DNA of 64,000 nt from Candidatus Multivorans sp. (GTDB lineage Bacteria > Acidobacteriota > Thermoanaerobaculia > Multivoradales > Multivoraceae), in contig OZ251997.1 of assembly GCA_965247095.1 (NCBI GenBank), positions 3,712,001-3,776,000 on the forward strand, written 5' to 3'. The notes below the pieces were generated by a model. It worked only from the letters and a program-made list of their open reading frames with translations, was not told where the DNA came from and did not search any database. A program made the position numbers and the translations under genes. This document shows, one piece after another, positions 9,641-19,009 of this stretch (the first letter of the stretch is position 1; each line of letters opens with the position of its first letter).

Positions 9641-10744
9641 GTGCGCCGGAATCTCCTGCTGTTCGCGATCGTGGCCGGCATCGTCGCCTTGGCGGCGGCG
9701 GTCCTGTGGCTGGCGCCGAGGGCGCAGGAGGCGAGAGCATCGAAACTGGTCCGGGCCTGGGTCGGCGTGGAAGTCGGGGACGAAGGCGTGGCCAGGACGG
9801 GCACGGTCGAGATCTCTGCCGGCCAGGATTTCCGGTTGCACGCGGTGGTCGAGGTGCACCGCGGCGACGGAGACGGAGACGGTGAGGTCGCGTACTACAG
9901 CGCCACACCGCGGGTGGTGCTGGACGGCGGGCAGTTCGACGCTCTTCCCGTGGAGGAGCTCGGTGCTCTCGGCAGGGTCAGGCTGCTCTGGTTCACCGTC
10001 GAGTACGGCGTTCCCTTCCGGGAACTGGAGAACGGCGCGGATCTCGACGCGTTCCGCTACGAGCAGTTCTTTCGTCCCGAATGGGGCAGCGCCTGGTCGA
10101 TCGACGGCACGCTCGACGCCTACTTCGACGGCTGGCTGGAAGAGGACGGGCCGGACATCGAGCGGGACTTCGGCACCCTCCGGTACCAGGTCTGGGTCGA
10201 GGCCTCGGCGGACGAGGGGGCGCTGGTTCCAGACCAGCGCGTGAAGTCGGACGCGCTTCCCGGCGCGACCCGGGTTGTGGCGCGACTGCCCGCGGCCCTG
10301 GGTTCCCCGTCGTCGGTCTTCGGTCTGCCGGAGATCGAGCGCGGGGACGGCGACTGGGACCAGGCGGCGTTGACCCGCCTGCACCAACTTCACAGCGACG
10401 GACTCGCCTTCAGCCGGCTCACCGTGCTGCGCGATCTGCTCGATGCCGGCGGCGCCCGCTGGGAGGACCTGAACTGGCAACTTGCGTCGCTCGATGGCAG
10501 TCTCTCCTGGCGCGACCCCGGGGCGGGCTCGCCGGCGCCGGGCGACCTGGTCCGGGTCGCGGACCGCTGGGTGGTTCTGCTTGGCGACGAGGCCGGGGAA
10601 GGCGATGTGGGGATGCTGGACGGAACGGATCTCTGTCTGGACTTCGACGCGGGCGCAACGGTGCGGAGGCTCGACCAGATCTTCCTGCTCGGGGCCGAGG
10701 ACGAAGGGGACGTGCTGGTGGCGGCGCCGAGGCCGCTCGCCTGA
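9641..10744 (+). CDS. hypothetical exported or membrane-anchored acidic protein
   Basis: GTG start, RR plus hydrophobic N-terminus, then a typical coding composition; no family recognised. Confidence 0.75.
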   Translation: MRRNLLLFAIVAGIVALAAAVLWLAPRAQEARASKLVRAWVGVEVGDEGVARTGTVEISAGQDFRLHAVVEVHRGDGDGDGEVAYYSATPRVVLDGGQFDALPVEELGALGRVRLLWFTVEYGVPFRELENGADLDAFRYEQFFRPEWGSAWSIDGTLDAYFDGWLEEDGPDIERDFGTLRYQVWVEASADEGALVPDQRVKSDALPGATRVVARLPAALGSPSSVFGLPEIERGDGDWDQAALTRLHQLHSDGLAFSRLTVLRDLLDAGGARWEDLNWQLASLDGSLSWRDPGAGSPAPGDLVRVADRWVVLLGDEAGEGDVGMLDGTDLCLDFDAGATVRRLDQIFLLGAEDEGDVLVAAPRPLA

Positions 10745-10780
10745 ACGGCGGCCGGCCCGCGGGGGAGCGGGGTTGCGGTC

Positions 10781-12601
10781 CTATCGCGACGCGACCGCGT
10801 CGCCGGCGGAGCTGCGGATCGTCTCTTCCAGCCTGCCCTTGCGCAGGAGTTCGCTGAACACGTGCGGCGCCTGGTTCGGTCGGTAGAGGGCGTAGAAGGG
10901 GATGCCGTAGCGTCCGAAGCTCGCGAGGTAGCGGGCGATGCCATCGTCTCGATTGGTCCAGTCGGCCTGCATCGCTACCACGTCGTAGCGGGCAAAGAGC
11001 GCGGCCGTCTCCTCGGTCTCGAGAACGAGCCGTTCGTTCACCTTGCAGGTGGCGCACCAGTCCGCGGTGACGTCGACGAAGACCAACCGCCCCTCGTCGG
11101 CGAGAGTCACCGCCTGGACCGGGTCGAAGGGAACCCAGTTCAGGACGCGCTCGATGCCGGGTCCGGCGCCGCCGCCGCCGGAGTGGGCCGATGCGCCGTT
11201 GGCGAGAACCAGGACGAAGAGGGCCGCGGCCACCGCTCCGACGCGTCCGAGGATGCGCGGCGCCGCCCCCCGCGAGCGTCCCTGCAGCCAGACGAAGAGG
11301 GCGAGCACAAGCAACCCGACCTCGACAAAGGCGAGCCGGGCGCTGTCCATCTGGGCGGCGAGGACGTAGAGGAGCCAGACCGTCGTGCCGGCGATCAGGA
11401 AGCCCATGATGCCGCGCAGCGTCGCCATCCACTCACCGGGTCTCGGCAGCAGCCGGGTCGCGTTGGGGACCGCCGCCAGCAGCAGGTAGGGCGCCGCGAG
11501 TCCAACGCCGACCGCGGTGAAGGTGGCCACGACTGTGGCTGCCGGCTGGCTCAGCGCGAAGCCGACCGCGGTGCCGAGGAAGGGCGCCGAGCAGGGCGTC
11601 GCCATCAGGGTCGCGAAGACGCCCGAGAAGAAGTGTCCGGAGTAGCCCTCGCTCTGGCCGCCGCCCAGGCGGTTGCTGATCGCCTGCGGCAACTGGATCT
11701 CGAACACGCCCCATATGTTCAGGCTGAAGAGAGTGAGGACCAGGGCCAGGAAGGTGACGAACAGGGGGTTCTGGAATTGGATCCCCCAACCGATCGCCTG
11801 GCCGGCCGAGCGGGCAAGCAGGGTCGCCGCCGCGAGCACCCAGAACGAGACGAGGATGCCCAGGGTCGTCATCAGCGCGCCCGCCGTGATCTCCCGGCGG
11901 GGCCGGCCCGAAGCCTGGGCCAGTCCGAAGAGCTTGAGCGACACGATCGGCAGCACGCACGGCATGCCGTTCAGGATCAGACCGCCGAGCAGAGCCGCAA
12001 AGAGAGCGGCGAACAGCCCCAGGGCGCCGGCGGAGGCGCCGGTGGGTGCGGCCGGCGTACTCTCGAAGGCCGGATGTCCGGTCGCTTCGCCGGTGGCGCC
12101 GATCTCAAGCGAAACCGTTGCTTCGGCGGTGATCGGTGGCAGGCATTGAATGTCGTCGCACGCCTGGTAGGTGAGTTCGACCTGTACTTCGGCCGTGCCG
12201 GCGACCGCGTCGGCGGGCACATCGAGTTCCGCGTGGATGACCGCCTCGTGTTCGTAGACCGCCAGCGGATCCTCCGCGAACTCGAATTGCCACATGACGT
12301 GGTCCGGATAGCTCACTTCGGGCTGCGGCCAGCCGGCGGGCAGCTCGAAGGCGATCACGGTGGGGATCAGGTAGTCGAAGCTCGGCGTGTGGCTCTGGAT
12401 GTGCCAGCCGTCGTCGATGGTGACGACCGCGGCGATGCGCACCGAGTCACCGGCAGCGTAGGAGGTGAGGTCGGCGACGGCCTCAAGCGAGGCCTTCGAA
12501 GGCGGCCTGAACTGGCCGCCCGCGACGGCCGCCAGGCACAGAACCGCGGCGACGGCGGTCCCCGCCCCTGCTCCGAACCTGCTGTTACGATCCTGATCCA
12601 T
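10781..12601 (-). CDS. dsbD: DsbD-like thiol:disulfide interchange protein (N-terminal DsbD-alpha-like domain, TM domain, thioredoxin)
   Basis: YQACDDIQCLPP; LNGMPCVLP and ATPCSAPFLG; TADWCATCK; GIPFY. Confidence 0.9.
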   Translation of the reverse strand: MDQDRNSRFGAGAGTAVAAVLCLAAVAGGQFRPPSKASLEAVADLTSYAAGDSVRIAAVVTIDDGWHIQSHTPSFDYLIPTVIAFELPAGWPQPEVSYPDHVMWQFEFAEDPLAVYEHEAVIHAELDVPADAVAGTAEVQVELTYQACDDIQCLPPITAEATVSLEIGATGEATGHPAFESTPAAPTGASAGALGLFAALFAALLGGLILNGMPCVLPIVSLKLFGLAQASGRPRREITAGALMTTLGILVSFWVLAAATLLARSAGQAIGWGIQFQNPLFVTFLALVLTLFSLNIWGVFEIQLPQAISNRLGGGQSEGYSGHFFSGVFATLMATPCSAPFLGTAVGFALSQPAATVVATFTAVGVGLAAPYLLLAAVPNATRLLPRPGEWMATLRGIMGFLIAGTTVWLLYVLAAQMDSARLAFVEVGLLVLALFVWLQGRSRGAAPRILGRVGAVAAALFVLVLANGASAHSGGGGAGPGIERVLNWVPFDPVQAVTLADEGRLVFVDVTADWCATCKVNERLVLETEETAALFARYDVVAMQADWTNRDDGIARYLASFGRYGIPFYALYRPNQAPHVFSELLRKGRLEETIRSSAGDAVASR

Positions 12602-13787
12602 GCCTTCCGGTGAGCGCGAGTCGGCGACGATGGCTGTCTCCCGGCGGGTGGCCGAGTTGCGCCGCGAGGGGGTCGAGGTCTTCGACCTGGGAGCCGGTGA
12701 ACCCGACTTCCCCTCGCCGGAGACAGCCGTTAGGGCTGCACAACGAGCCCTCGACGAGGGCCGGACCAAGTATACGGTGCTCGAAGGCACGCCCGAACTG
12801 AGAGCGGCGCTGGCGGCCCGGTACGGCAGCCAGGGAGCGCCCTGGAGCGCGGCCAACGTGCTGGTCACGGTGGGCGCCAAGGCGGCGCTCTACGAGCTTG
12901 CACGGGCGTTTCTGTCGCCCGGCGACGAAGTCGTGGTGCCGACGCCGGCCTGGGTCAGCATTCCGGCCCAGGTACGGCTCGCGGGCGCTACGGCGGTCAC
13001 GGTGCCGATGGCGGCCGGGGACGGTTTCGCGATTCGGGCACAGCCTCTGCTCGAGGCGATGTCGGAGCGGACGCGGGCGGTGATCGTCAACTCGCCGTGC
13101 AACCCCACCGGCGCGGTCGTTTCGGTCCTCGACCTGGAGCGGATTGCGTCCGCCTGCGCCGAGCGGGGCGCCCTGCTGATCTCCGACGAGACCTATGAGC
13201 GGTTCATCTACGACGGCGAACGGCACGCCAGCGTCGCGTCGCTGGCGGCCAGGTATCCGGAGACCGTCGTGCTCGTTGGGTCCTTCTCGAAGACCTACGC
13301 CATGACCGGCTGGCGGCTCGGCTACCTGCTCGGCGCCCCTTCGGTGGTTGCCGCGGCGGCCGCGGTGCAGAGCCACGTGACCTCGAATGCGACCTCGTTC
13401 GCGATGGCCGGCGCCGAGGCGGTGCTGGAGCGCGAGCCGCCTGAGGCAGCCGCTCTGGTGGCGGCGTGCGCGCGGCGCCGCCGGCTGGTGCTGGCGGAGT
13501 TGGGCCGGATTCCGGGCGTGGTTTGCCCACCGCCGGCCGGCGCCTTCTATGCGTTCCCGGACGTGAGCGCCTGGTTCGACGAGCGCTGTCCCGACTCCGC
13601 GGCTTTCTGTCGCCGCCTGCTCGATGAGGCCGGTGTCGCTACGACACCTGGTTCGGCATTCGGCTGCGAGGGCCACATTCGCCTGTCCTACGCCTGCAGC
13701 GACCAGATGCTGGTCTCGGGGCTGGAGCGGATCGCCCGGCTTCTGAGTGGGCCAGGGGTCGCCGCCGGCAGGAGGCGTGCAGGATGA
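12600..13787 (+). CDS. aspC: class I PLP-dependent aminotransferase (aspartate aminotransferase type)
   Basis: GEPDF, NSPCNPTG, SDETY, SFSKTYAMTGWRLG, GAFY, RLSYA. Confidence 0.88.
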   Translation: MPSGERESATMAVSRRVAELRREGVEVFDLGAGEPDFPSPETAVRAAQRALDEGRTKYTVLEGTPELRAALAARYGSQGAPWSAANVLVTVGAKAALYELARAFLSPGDEVVVPTPAWVSIPAQVRLAGATAVTVPMAAGDGFAIRAQPLLEAMSERTRAVIVNSPCNPTGAVVSVLDLERIASACAERGALLISDETYERFIYDGERHASVASLAARYPETVVLVGSFSKTYAMTGWRLGYLLGAPSVVAAAAAVQSHVTSNATSFAMAGAEAVLEREPPEAAALVAACARRRRLVLAELGRIPGVVCPPPAGAFYAFPDVSAWFDERCPDSAAFCRRLLDEAGVATTPGSAFGCEGHIRLSYACSDQMLVSGLERIARLLSGPGVAAGRRRAG

Positions 13788-14908
13788 GACCGTTGGTCGG
13801 CAGCCTCGCCTTCCCCATCTTCACCCTGTTCGGAATCCGCGTGCGGGTCCACTTCACGTTCCTCCTGCTCCTGGTCTGGATCGCGGTGCTGGCGCCGAGC
13901 TCGGGGAGCAACGCCGGGCTGCTCGGCCTGGTCGTTGTGGGGCTGCTTGCGAGCGTCATCGCGCACGAGTTGAGCCACGCCCTGGCCGCTCGCCGGTACG
14001 GGATCGAGACCCGCGAGATTGTGCTGACGCCGATCGGGGGTGTGGCCCGTCTGGACGGCTATCCGCAGGGCTCGGCGGAGTTGGCGATCGCGGCCGCCGG
14101 TCCGTTGCTGAACCTGGGCCTGGCGACGGTTCTCTTCTTCGGGCTGGTGGTGGCCGGGCTGCCGCCGTGGGGCGCCGGCGCCGTCGTCGATCTGCCTTCG
14201 GCGCTGCAGTGGTTGCTGTTCGGCAACCTGTGCCTGTTCGCGCTCAATCTGCTGCCCGCGTTTCCCCTCGACGGCGGCCGCATCCTCCGCGCGGCGCTGT
14301 CCTTCTTCCTGGGTCAGGAACGGGCGACCAAGATCGCTACCCGGCTGGGGATGGTGCTGGCGGCGCTGCTGGGGCTGGCCGCCCTCGTGCCGTGGACCCT
14401 TGGCGTGCCGTTCAACGTGCTTCTGCTTCTGACTGCCTTCTTCGTGCTGGTGGGAGCGAGCCGCGAGTCCTCCCTGGTGCGGACGTTGCAGGTCCTGCAG
14501 GGCCGCCGCGCGGGGGAAGCGATGATGACCCGCTGCGAACGGCTGGCGCCGCAGGACACGATCGAGTGGGCGGTGCGCCTGCTGCTCTCCACCACCCAGC
14601 GCCAGTTCCCGGTCGTGGATGGCTGGGGACGGGTCGCTGGCGAGGTGGACCGCGATCGCCTGCTCGAACTCGTCGCCCGTTGCCCGGGCGACACGCCGTT
14701 ACTCGAACTGATGAATCGCGAGCCGCTGACCGTGACCGAGGACTGCGACCTGCTGGAGGTGTTGCGGCAGTTGCAGAGTTCAGCGCGTGCGCTCTGGGTG
14801 GTCCGGGATCACGAGCTGCGTGGCATGCTCACCGCGGACGGCCTGTCGCAGTTCGTGGAGGTGTGCAATCGGCTTCGACACCGCGACCCCGGCGCGGTGC
14901 GGCCCTGA
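13784..14908 (+). CDS. site-2 (M50) membrane metalloprotease with CBS pair
   Basis: HELSH, AGPLLN, NLLPAFPLDGGR; C-terminal CBS-like region (FPVVD). Confidence 0.9.
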   Translation: MRPLVGSLAFPIFTLFGIRVRVHFTFLLLLVWIAVLAPSSGSNAGLLGLVVVGLLASVIAHELSHALAARRYGIETREIVLTPIGGVARLDGYPQGSAELAIAAAGPLLNLGLATVLFFGLVVAGLPPWGAGAVVDLPSALQWLLFGNLCLFALNLLPAFPLDGGRILRAALSFFLGQERATKIATRLGMVLAALLGLAALVPWTLGVPFNVLLLLTAFFVLVGASRESSLVRTLQVLQGRRAGEAMMTRCERLAPQDTIEWAVRLLLSTTQRQFPVVDGWGRVAGEVDRDRLLELVARCPGDTPLLELMNREPLTVTEDCDLLEVLRQLQSSARALWVVRDHELRGMLTADGLSQFVEVCNRLRHRDPGAVRP

Positions 14909-14947
14909 ACTGTTAGAGTCGGGTGCTCTCAGTAGAAGGAGAGGCGC

Positions 14948-15610
14948 GTGAGCGACGACGCAGACGACGCAAAGGGATCTGGATTCTCTCGCCGGTCGTT
15001 CCTGCGCGGCGGCGCAGCCGGGGCCCTCTCGGGTGGTCTGGCGGCGAGTCTGCTGCCGGGAGACGCCGCCGCTGCCGCCGCGGCGAAGGATGTAGAGGGC
15101 GCCCCGACCCTCGGGCCGGGTGCGGTCGAAGTCGAACTCGAAGTGAACGGCGTCGCCCGCCGTCTGGAAGTGGCGCCGCGGGTCACGCTGCTCGACGGGC
15201 TGCGCGACCGCCTGGACGTCACCGGCCCGAAGAGAGTCTGCGACCGCGGCACCTGCGGCGCCTGCACGGTGCTCGAGGACGGCCGTCCGATCTACGCATG
15301 CAGCCGGTTGATGATCGAGTCCGCGGGACGCAGCATCACGACGGTCGAGGGATTGGGCTCGCCGGATGCCATGCACGACGTGCAGCAGGCCTTCGTGGAG
15401 AACGATGCGCAGCAGTGCGGCTACTGCACGCCTGGCTTCGTGGTCGCCACCGCGGCGCTGCTGGCGCGCAGCCCGACGCCGTCCGAGCAGGAAATCGAAG
15501 CCGGACTGGGCGGCAACTTCTGCCGCTGCGGAACCTACATGGGCATCCGCGCCGTGGTCGGCGGCCCGGGCCTTGCTGGAGGGAACAGCGGAGGACACGG
15601 CGGTGGCTGA
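14948..15610 (+). CDS. xanthine dehydrogenase-family 2x[2Fe-2S] subunit with Tat signal (PaoA/YagT-like)
   Basis: SRRSFL Tat motif; CDRGTCGACTV...C; QCGYC...CRC; SD AGAAGGAG. Confidence 0.92.
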   Translation: MSDDADDAKGSGFSRRSFLRGGAAGALSGGLAASLLPGDAAAAAAAKDVEGAPTLGPGAVEVELEVNGVARRLEVAPRVTLLDGLRDRLDVTGPKRVCDRGTCGACTVLEDGRPIYACSRLMIESAGRSITTVEGLGSPDAMHDVQQAFVENDAQQCGYCTPGFVVATAALLARSPTPSEQEIEAGLGGNFCRCGTYMGIRAVVGGPGLAGGNSGGHGGG

Positions 15611-17732
15611 CTATTTCTGGCCCGAGGCGGAGCGTAGGGGCCAGATCGGCCACCGTCCGGCGCGCCTCGACGGTCCGGTCAAGTCGACCGGTTTCGCCAA
15701 GTACCCGTCGGACCAGAATCCGCCGGGTCTTCTGGCCGGGAAGATCCTGACCTGCCCCCACGCCCACGCCCGCGTCGTGGCGATCGACGTGTCGGCGGCG
15801 GAGGCGATTCCCGGCGTGCGCGTCGTCCACGTGATCCAGGGCGAGGGTTCCGAGATCCAGTGGGCGGGCGACGAGGTGGCGGCGGTCGCCGCGGAGACCG
15901 AGGACGTTGCTCGCGACGCGCTGCGGGCGATTCAGGTCGAGTATGAAGTGCTGCCCCACTTCGTCACGGAAGAACATCGTGACCGTGCGCCGGCGGCGCA
16001 GCCGGGCGCCGAGCGGACCGTCGGCGACCCGGACGCCGCCTTCGCCTCCGCGCACCGCACCGTCGAGCAGACGCTTGGGATGCCCCAGATGGCCCACATG
16101 TGCCTCGAACCCCACGGCCAGGTCGCGGCCTGGGACGGCGACGAACTCGAGGTCCATGCCTCGACCCAGGCGGTCTCCACTCTCGCCGGCCAGTTCGCCT
16201 CCGAACTGGGCATACCGGCGACCCAGGTGCGGATCCGGACCGAGTACATGGGCGGCGGCTTCGGCTCCAAGTTCTCGCCGGACCGCTGGGGCATCGTCGG
16301 CGCTGAACTCGCGCGCAAGGCCGGAGGGCCGGTCAAGCTGTTCCTGGAGCGGGATCAGGAAGTGTCGGTGGCAGGCAGCCGGCCGTCCGCTTTCGCCCGG
16401 GTCCGGGTGGCGGCGGACGAGCAGGGCAAGCTGGTGGCCTGGGACTCGGACTCCTGGGGCTCGGGCGGTCTGCCGGGCACCGGCCAGACGCCGCTGCCGT
16501 ACGTGTTCAGCAAGCTGCCGAACCGGCGCCTGCGCCACACGTCGGTGCCGACGAATCTGGCCGGATCGCGAGCCTGGAGGGCGCCCAATCACCCGCAGGC
16601 GTGCTTCCTGACCATGGCCAGCCTGGACGATCTGGCGAACGAACTGGACCTCGACCCGATCGACTTCCTGGACCGGAACCTGGACTTCACCGGCCGGGCC
16701 GACGTTTACCGGGAAGAGCTGGCGATCGCCGCCGGGATGGCTGGGTGGAAGGAACGCTGGCAGCCGCGGAAGAGGTCCCGGGAGGGCGCCCTTCAGCGCG
16801 GCCTGGGGGTTTCGATTCACACCTGGGGCGGGCGCGGCCATGCAAGCAACTGCGACGTGACCGTGCACCCGGACGGCGCGGTCGAGGCCCGGCTCGGCTC
16901 TCAGGACATCGGTACCGGGACGCGAACCATCGTTGCCCAGGTGCTGGCCGAGACGTTCGGCCTCGAGCTGGACCAGGTGCGGGTGTCCCTGGGCGACAAC
17001 CGGTTCCCGCAGTCGGGTCCGTCCGGCGGCAGTTCGACGGTCGGCGGGGTTTGCGCCTCGACCCGGCGCGCGGCGCAGGATGCCCTGCGCGAAGTCCTGG
17101 CGCGAGTCGCCCCCCAACTCGAGGCGGCGCCGGAGCAGTTGGCGGCGGCAAGGGGCCGCGTGTTCGTGGAGGGCGAGCCCTCGCGCGGGGTGTCGTGGTC
17201 CGATGCGGCGGCTCAGATCGGCGGCGCACCGGTCAGCGCGCAGGGGCGCAATCCCGGCCCCGGCCGGCTGATATCGAGCGGCGTCGGCGGCGTGCAGATC
17301 GCAGAGGTAGAGGTGGACATGGACACCGGCGTGGTGCACGTGGAACGGATGATCGCGGTCCAGGACTGCGGCCTGGTCATCAACCGGCGGCTCGCGGAGA
17401 GTCAGGTCTACGGCGGTCTGATCATGGGCGTCGGCTACGCGTTGTTCGAAGAGTCGATTCCGGATCCGGTCACGGGCCGGCTGCTGAACGCGGACATGGA
17501 GTTCTACAAGCTGGCGGGCCTGGTGGACGTCGGATCGCTGGAAGTCCACATGATGACCGGTCCCGGCTACGACGAGCGGGGCGTGATCGGCCTAGGGGAG
17601 CCGCCCGTGATCTCGCCCGGCGCCGCGCTCAGCAACGCGGTGGCGAATGCGATCGGGGTTCGCGTGCCCTACCTGCCGCTGACGCCGGACCGCGTGCTGG
17701 ACGCGCTGGCGGGCCGTGGAGGGATCGCCTGA
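15603..17732 (+). CDS. xanthine dehydrogenase-family molybdopterin-binding subunit (PaoC/YagR-like)
   Basis: HMCLEPH, GGGFGSK, AWRAP, QDIGTG, GGSST, SQVYGG, GLGEPP. Confidence 0.93.
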   Translation: MADYFWPEAERRGQIGHRPARLDGPVKSTGFAKYPSDQNPPGLLAGKILTCPHAHARVVAIDVSAAEAIPGVRVVHVIQGEGSEIQWAGDEVAAVAAETEDVARDALRAIQVEYEVLPHFVTEEHRDRAPAAQPGAERTVGDPDAAFASAHRTVEQTLGMPQMAHMCLEPHGQVAAWDGDELEVHASTQAVSTLAGQFASELGIPATQVRIRTEYMGGGFGSKFSPDRWGIVGAELARKAGGPVKLFLERDQEVSVAGSRPSAFARVRVAADEQGKLVAWDSDSWGSGGLPGTGQTPLPYVFSKLPNRRLRHTSVPTNLAGSRAWRAPNHPQACFLTMASLDDLANELDLDPIDFLDRNLDFTGRADVYREELAIAAGMAGWKERWQPRKRSREGALQRGLGVSIHTWGGRGHASNCDVTVHPDGAVEARLGSQDIGTGTRTIVAQVLAETFGLELDQVRVSLGDNRFPQSGPSGGSSTVGGVCASTRRAAQDALREVLARVAPQLEAAPEQLAAARGRVFVEGEPSRGVSWSDAAAQIGGAPVSAQGRNPGPGRLISSGVGGVQIAEVEVDMDTGVVHVERMIAVQDCGLVINRRLAESQVYGGLIMGVGYALFEESIPDPVTGRLLNADMEFYKLAGLVDVGSLEVHMMTGPGYDERGVIGLGEPPVISPGAALSNAVANAIGVRVPYLPLTPDRVLDALAGRGGIA

Positions 17733-17825
17733 TGCGACCCTTCAGCTACGCCGCGCCGACCACGGTGGCGGGCCGTGGAGGGATTGCCTGATGCGACCCT
17801 TCAGTTACGCCGCGCCGACCGCGGT
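17707..17825 (+). repeat. 59-bp tandem duplication spanning the Mo-subunit stop and FAD-subunit start
   Basis: Copy 1 at 17707-17765, copy 2 at 17766-17824; mismatches at 17726/17785, 17746/17805 and 17762/17821. Confidence 0.95.
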
Positions 17826-18765
17826 CGAACAGGCGGTCAGCCTGCTGGAAGCCGAGGGCAGCGAAGTCCTCGCGGGCGGAACGGATCTCCTGAGCCTGCT
17901 CAAGGACGATGTCGAGCAGGTCGAGCGGCTGGTGGCGCTGCGCGGCGTCGGAGATCTTTCCGGCATCGACGCCTCTGGCGGCCGACTCCGGGTGGGCTCG
18001 ATGACGACGCTGCAGGAGCTGCGGGACCACGCCGAAGCGATCGCCGCTGTGCCGGCGCTGGGGACCGCGATCGACGGCGTGGCCAGCGCGCAGTTGCGGG
18101 CCATGGGCACCGTCGGCGGCGATCTGCTCCAGCGCCCGCGCTGCTGGTACTACCGCCGCGGCCACGGTCTGCTCGCTCTGGGAGAGGATGGCCGGTCGAT
18201 GGTCGCCGAAGGCGACAACCGGTACCACGCGATCTTCGCGGATGGCGACGCGCGCTTCGTGAGCCCCTCCAGCCTGGCGCCGCTCCTGATAGCGCTCGGG
18301 GCGGAGGCGACGGTCCGGGGGCCGGATGGTGAGCGGCGCGTGCCGGTGGAGGCCTTGTACCGCGCGCCGCAGGTTGAAGGGGAGCGCGAGAACACGCTGG
18401 GACCCGGCGAGCTGCTGGTCGAAGTGACGGTCAGTGTGGGCGCCGCCCGCGGAGCGGTGTACGAGGTCCGTCAGCGCCGGTCCTTGGACTGGCCGCTGAT
18501 GGCGGCCGCGGTTTCCCTGACCGGAGAGGCGCCACGGGTGGACCAGGCGCGGATCGTGCTGGGCCACGCCGCTCCTACTCCCTATCTCGCCGCCGCGGCC
18601 GGCGACCTGCTGGCTGGTGGCGAGCTGACGCCGCAACGGATCGAAGAGGCCGCGGAGGCGGCGGTGGAGGGCGCCCGGCCGATGAGCGGCAATCGGTACA
18701 AGGTACAGCTCGCCAGGGTTGCAGTGAGGCGAGCGCTTGAGCGCGCCGCCCGGATGGAGGCTTGA
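17791..18765 (+). CDS. xanthine dehydrogenase-family FAD-binding subunit (PaoB/YagS-like)
   Basis: MRPFSYAAP, LAGGTDL, ASAQLRAMGTVGG, QRPRCWYYR, NRYKV. Confidence 0.92.
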   Translation: MRPFSYAAPTAVEQAVSLLEAEGSEVLAGGTDLLSLLKDDVEQVERLVALRGVGDLSGIDASGGRLRVGSMTTLQELRDHAEAIAAVPALGTAIDGVASAQLRAMGTVGGDLLQRPRCWYYRRGHGLLALGEDGRSMVAEGDNRYHAIFADGDARFVSPSSLAPLLIALGAEATVRGPDGERRVPVEALYRAPQVEGERENTLGPGELLVEVTVSVGAARGAVYEVRQRRSLDWPLMAAAVSLTGEAPRVDQARIVLGHAAPTPYLAAAAGDLLAGGELTPQRIEEAAEAAVEGARPMSGNRYKVQLARVAVRRALERAARMEA

Positions 18766-18769
18766 CGTC

Positions 18770-19009
18770 ATGGCTGACCGACTGGCTGCTGCTGAAGCGC
18801 CGCAACTCTGCCGAAGGCTCCGTTGGAAGACGATGTTCATGGCCCTTGCCCCGCCGGATCCCGGCGCCGACATCGATCCCCAGCACGAGATCGACGACGG
18901 TTTCGTGTGGTGTACCCACAGCATGAACTGTCTCGGGCCGGACGGCACGGTAGCGTCCAAGGAACACTGCCGGGAGGGCCGCAGTTGCTTCGAAGGAGGT
19001 TCGACATGA
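18770..19009 (+). CDS. 79-aa Cys-rich hypothetical protein
   Basis: SD GGAGG before ATG 18770; Cys at 14, 48, 54, 67 and 73; ATGA overlap with next gene. Confidence 0.8.
   Translation: MADRLAAAEAPQLCRRLRWKTMFMALAPPDPGADIDPQHEIDDGFVWCTHSMNCLGPDGTVASKEHCREGRSCFEGGST

Noticed and set aside
17707-17825. Direct repeat as CRISPR array or insertion footprint
   Set aside because: Only two abutting copies of coding sequence, no spacers, no cas or transposase genes
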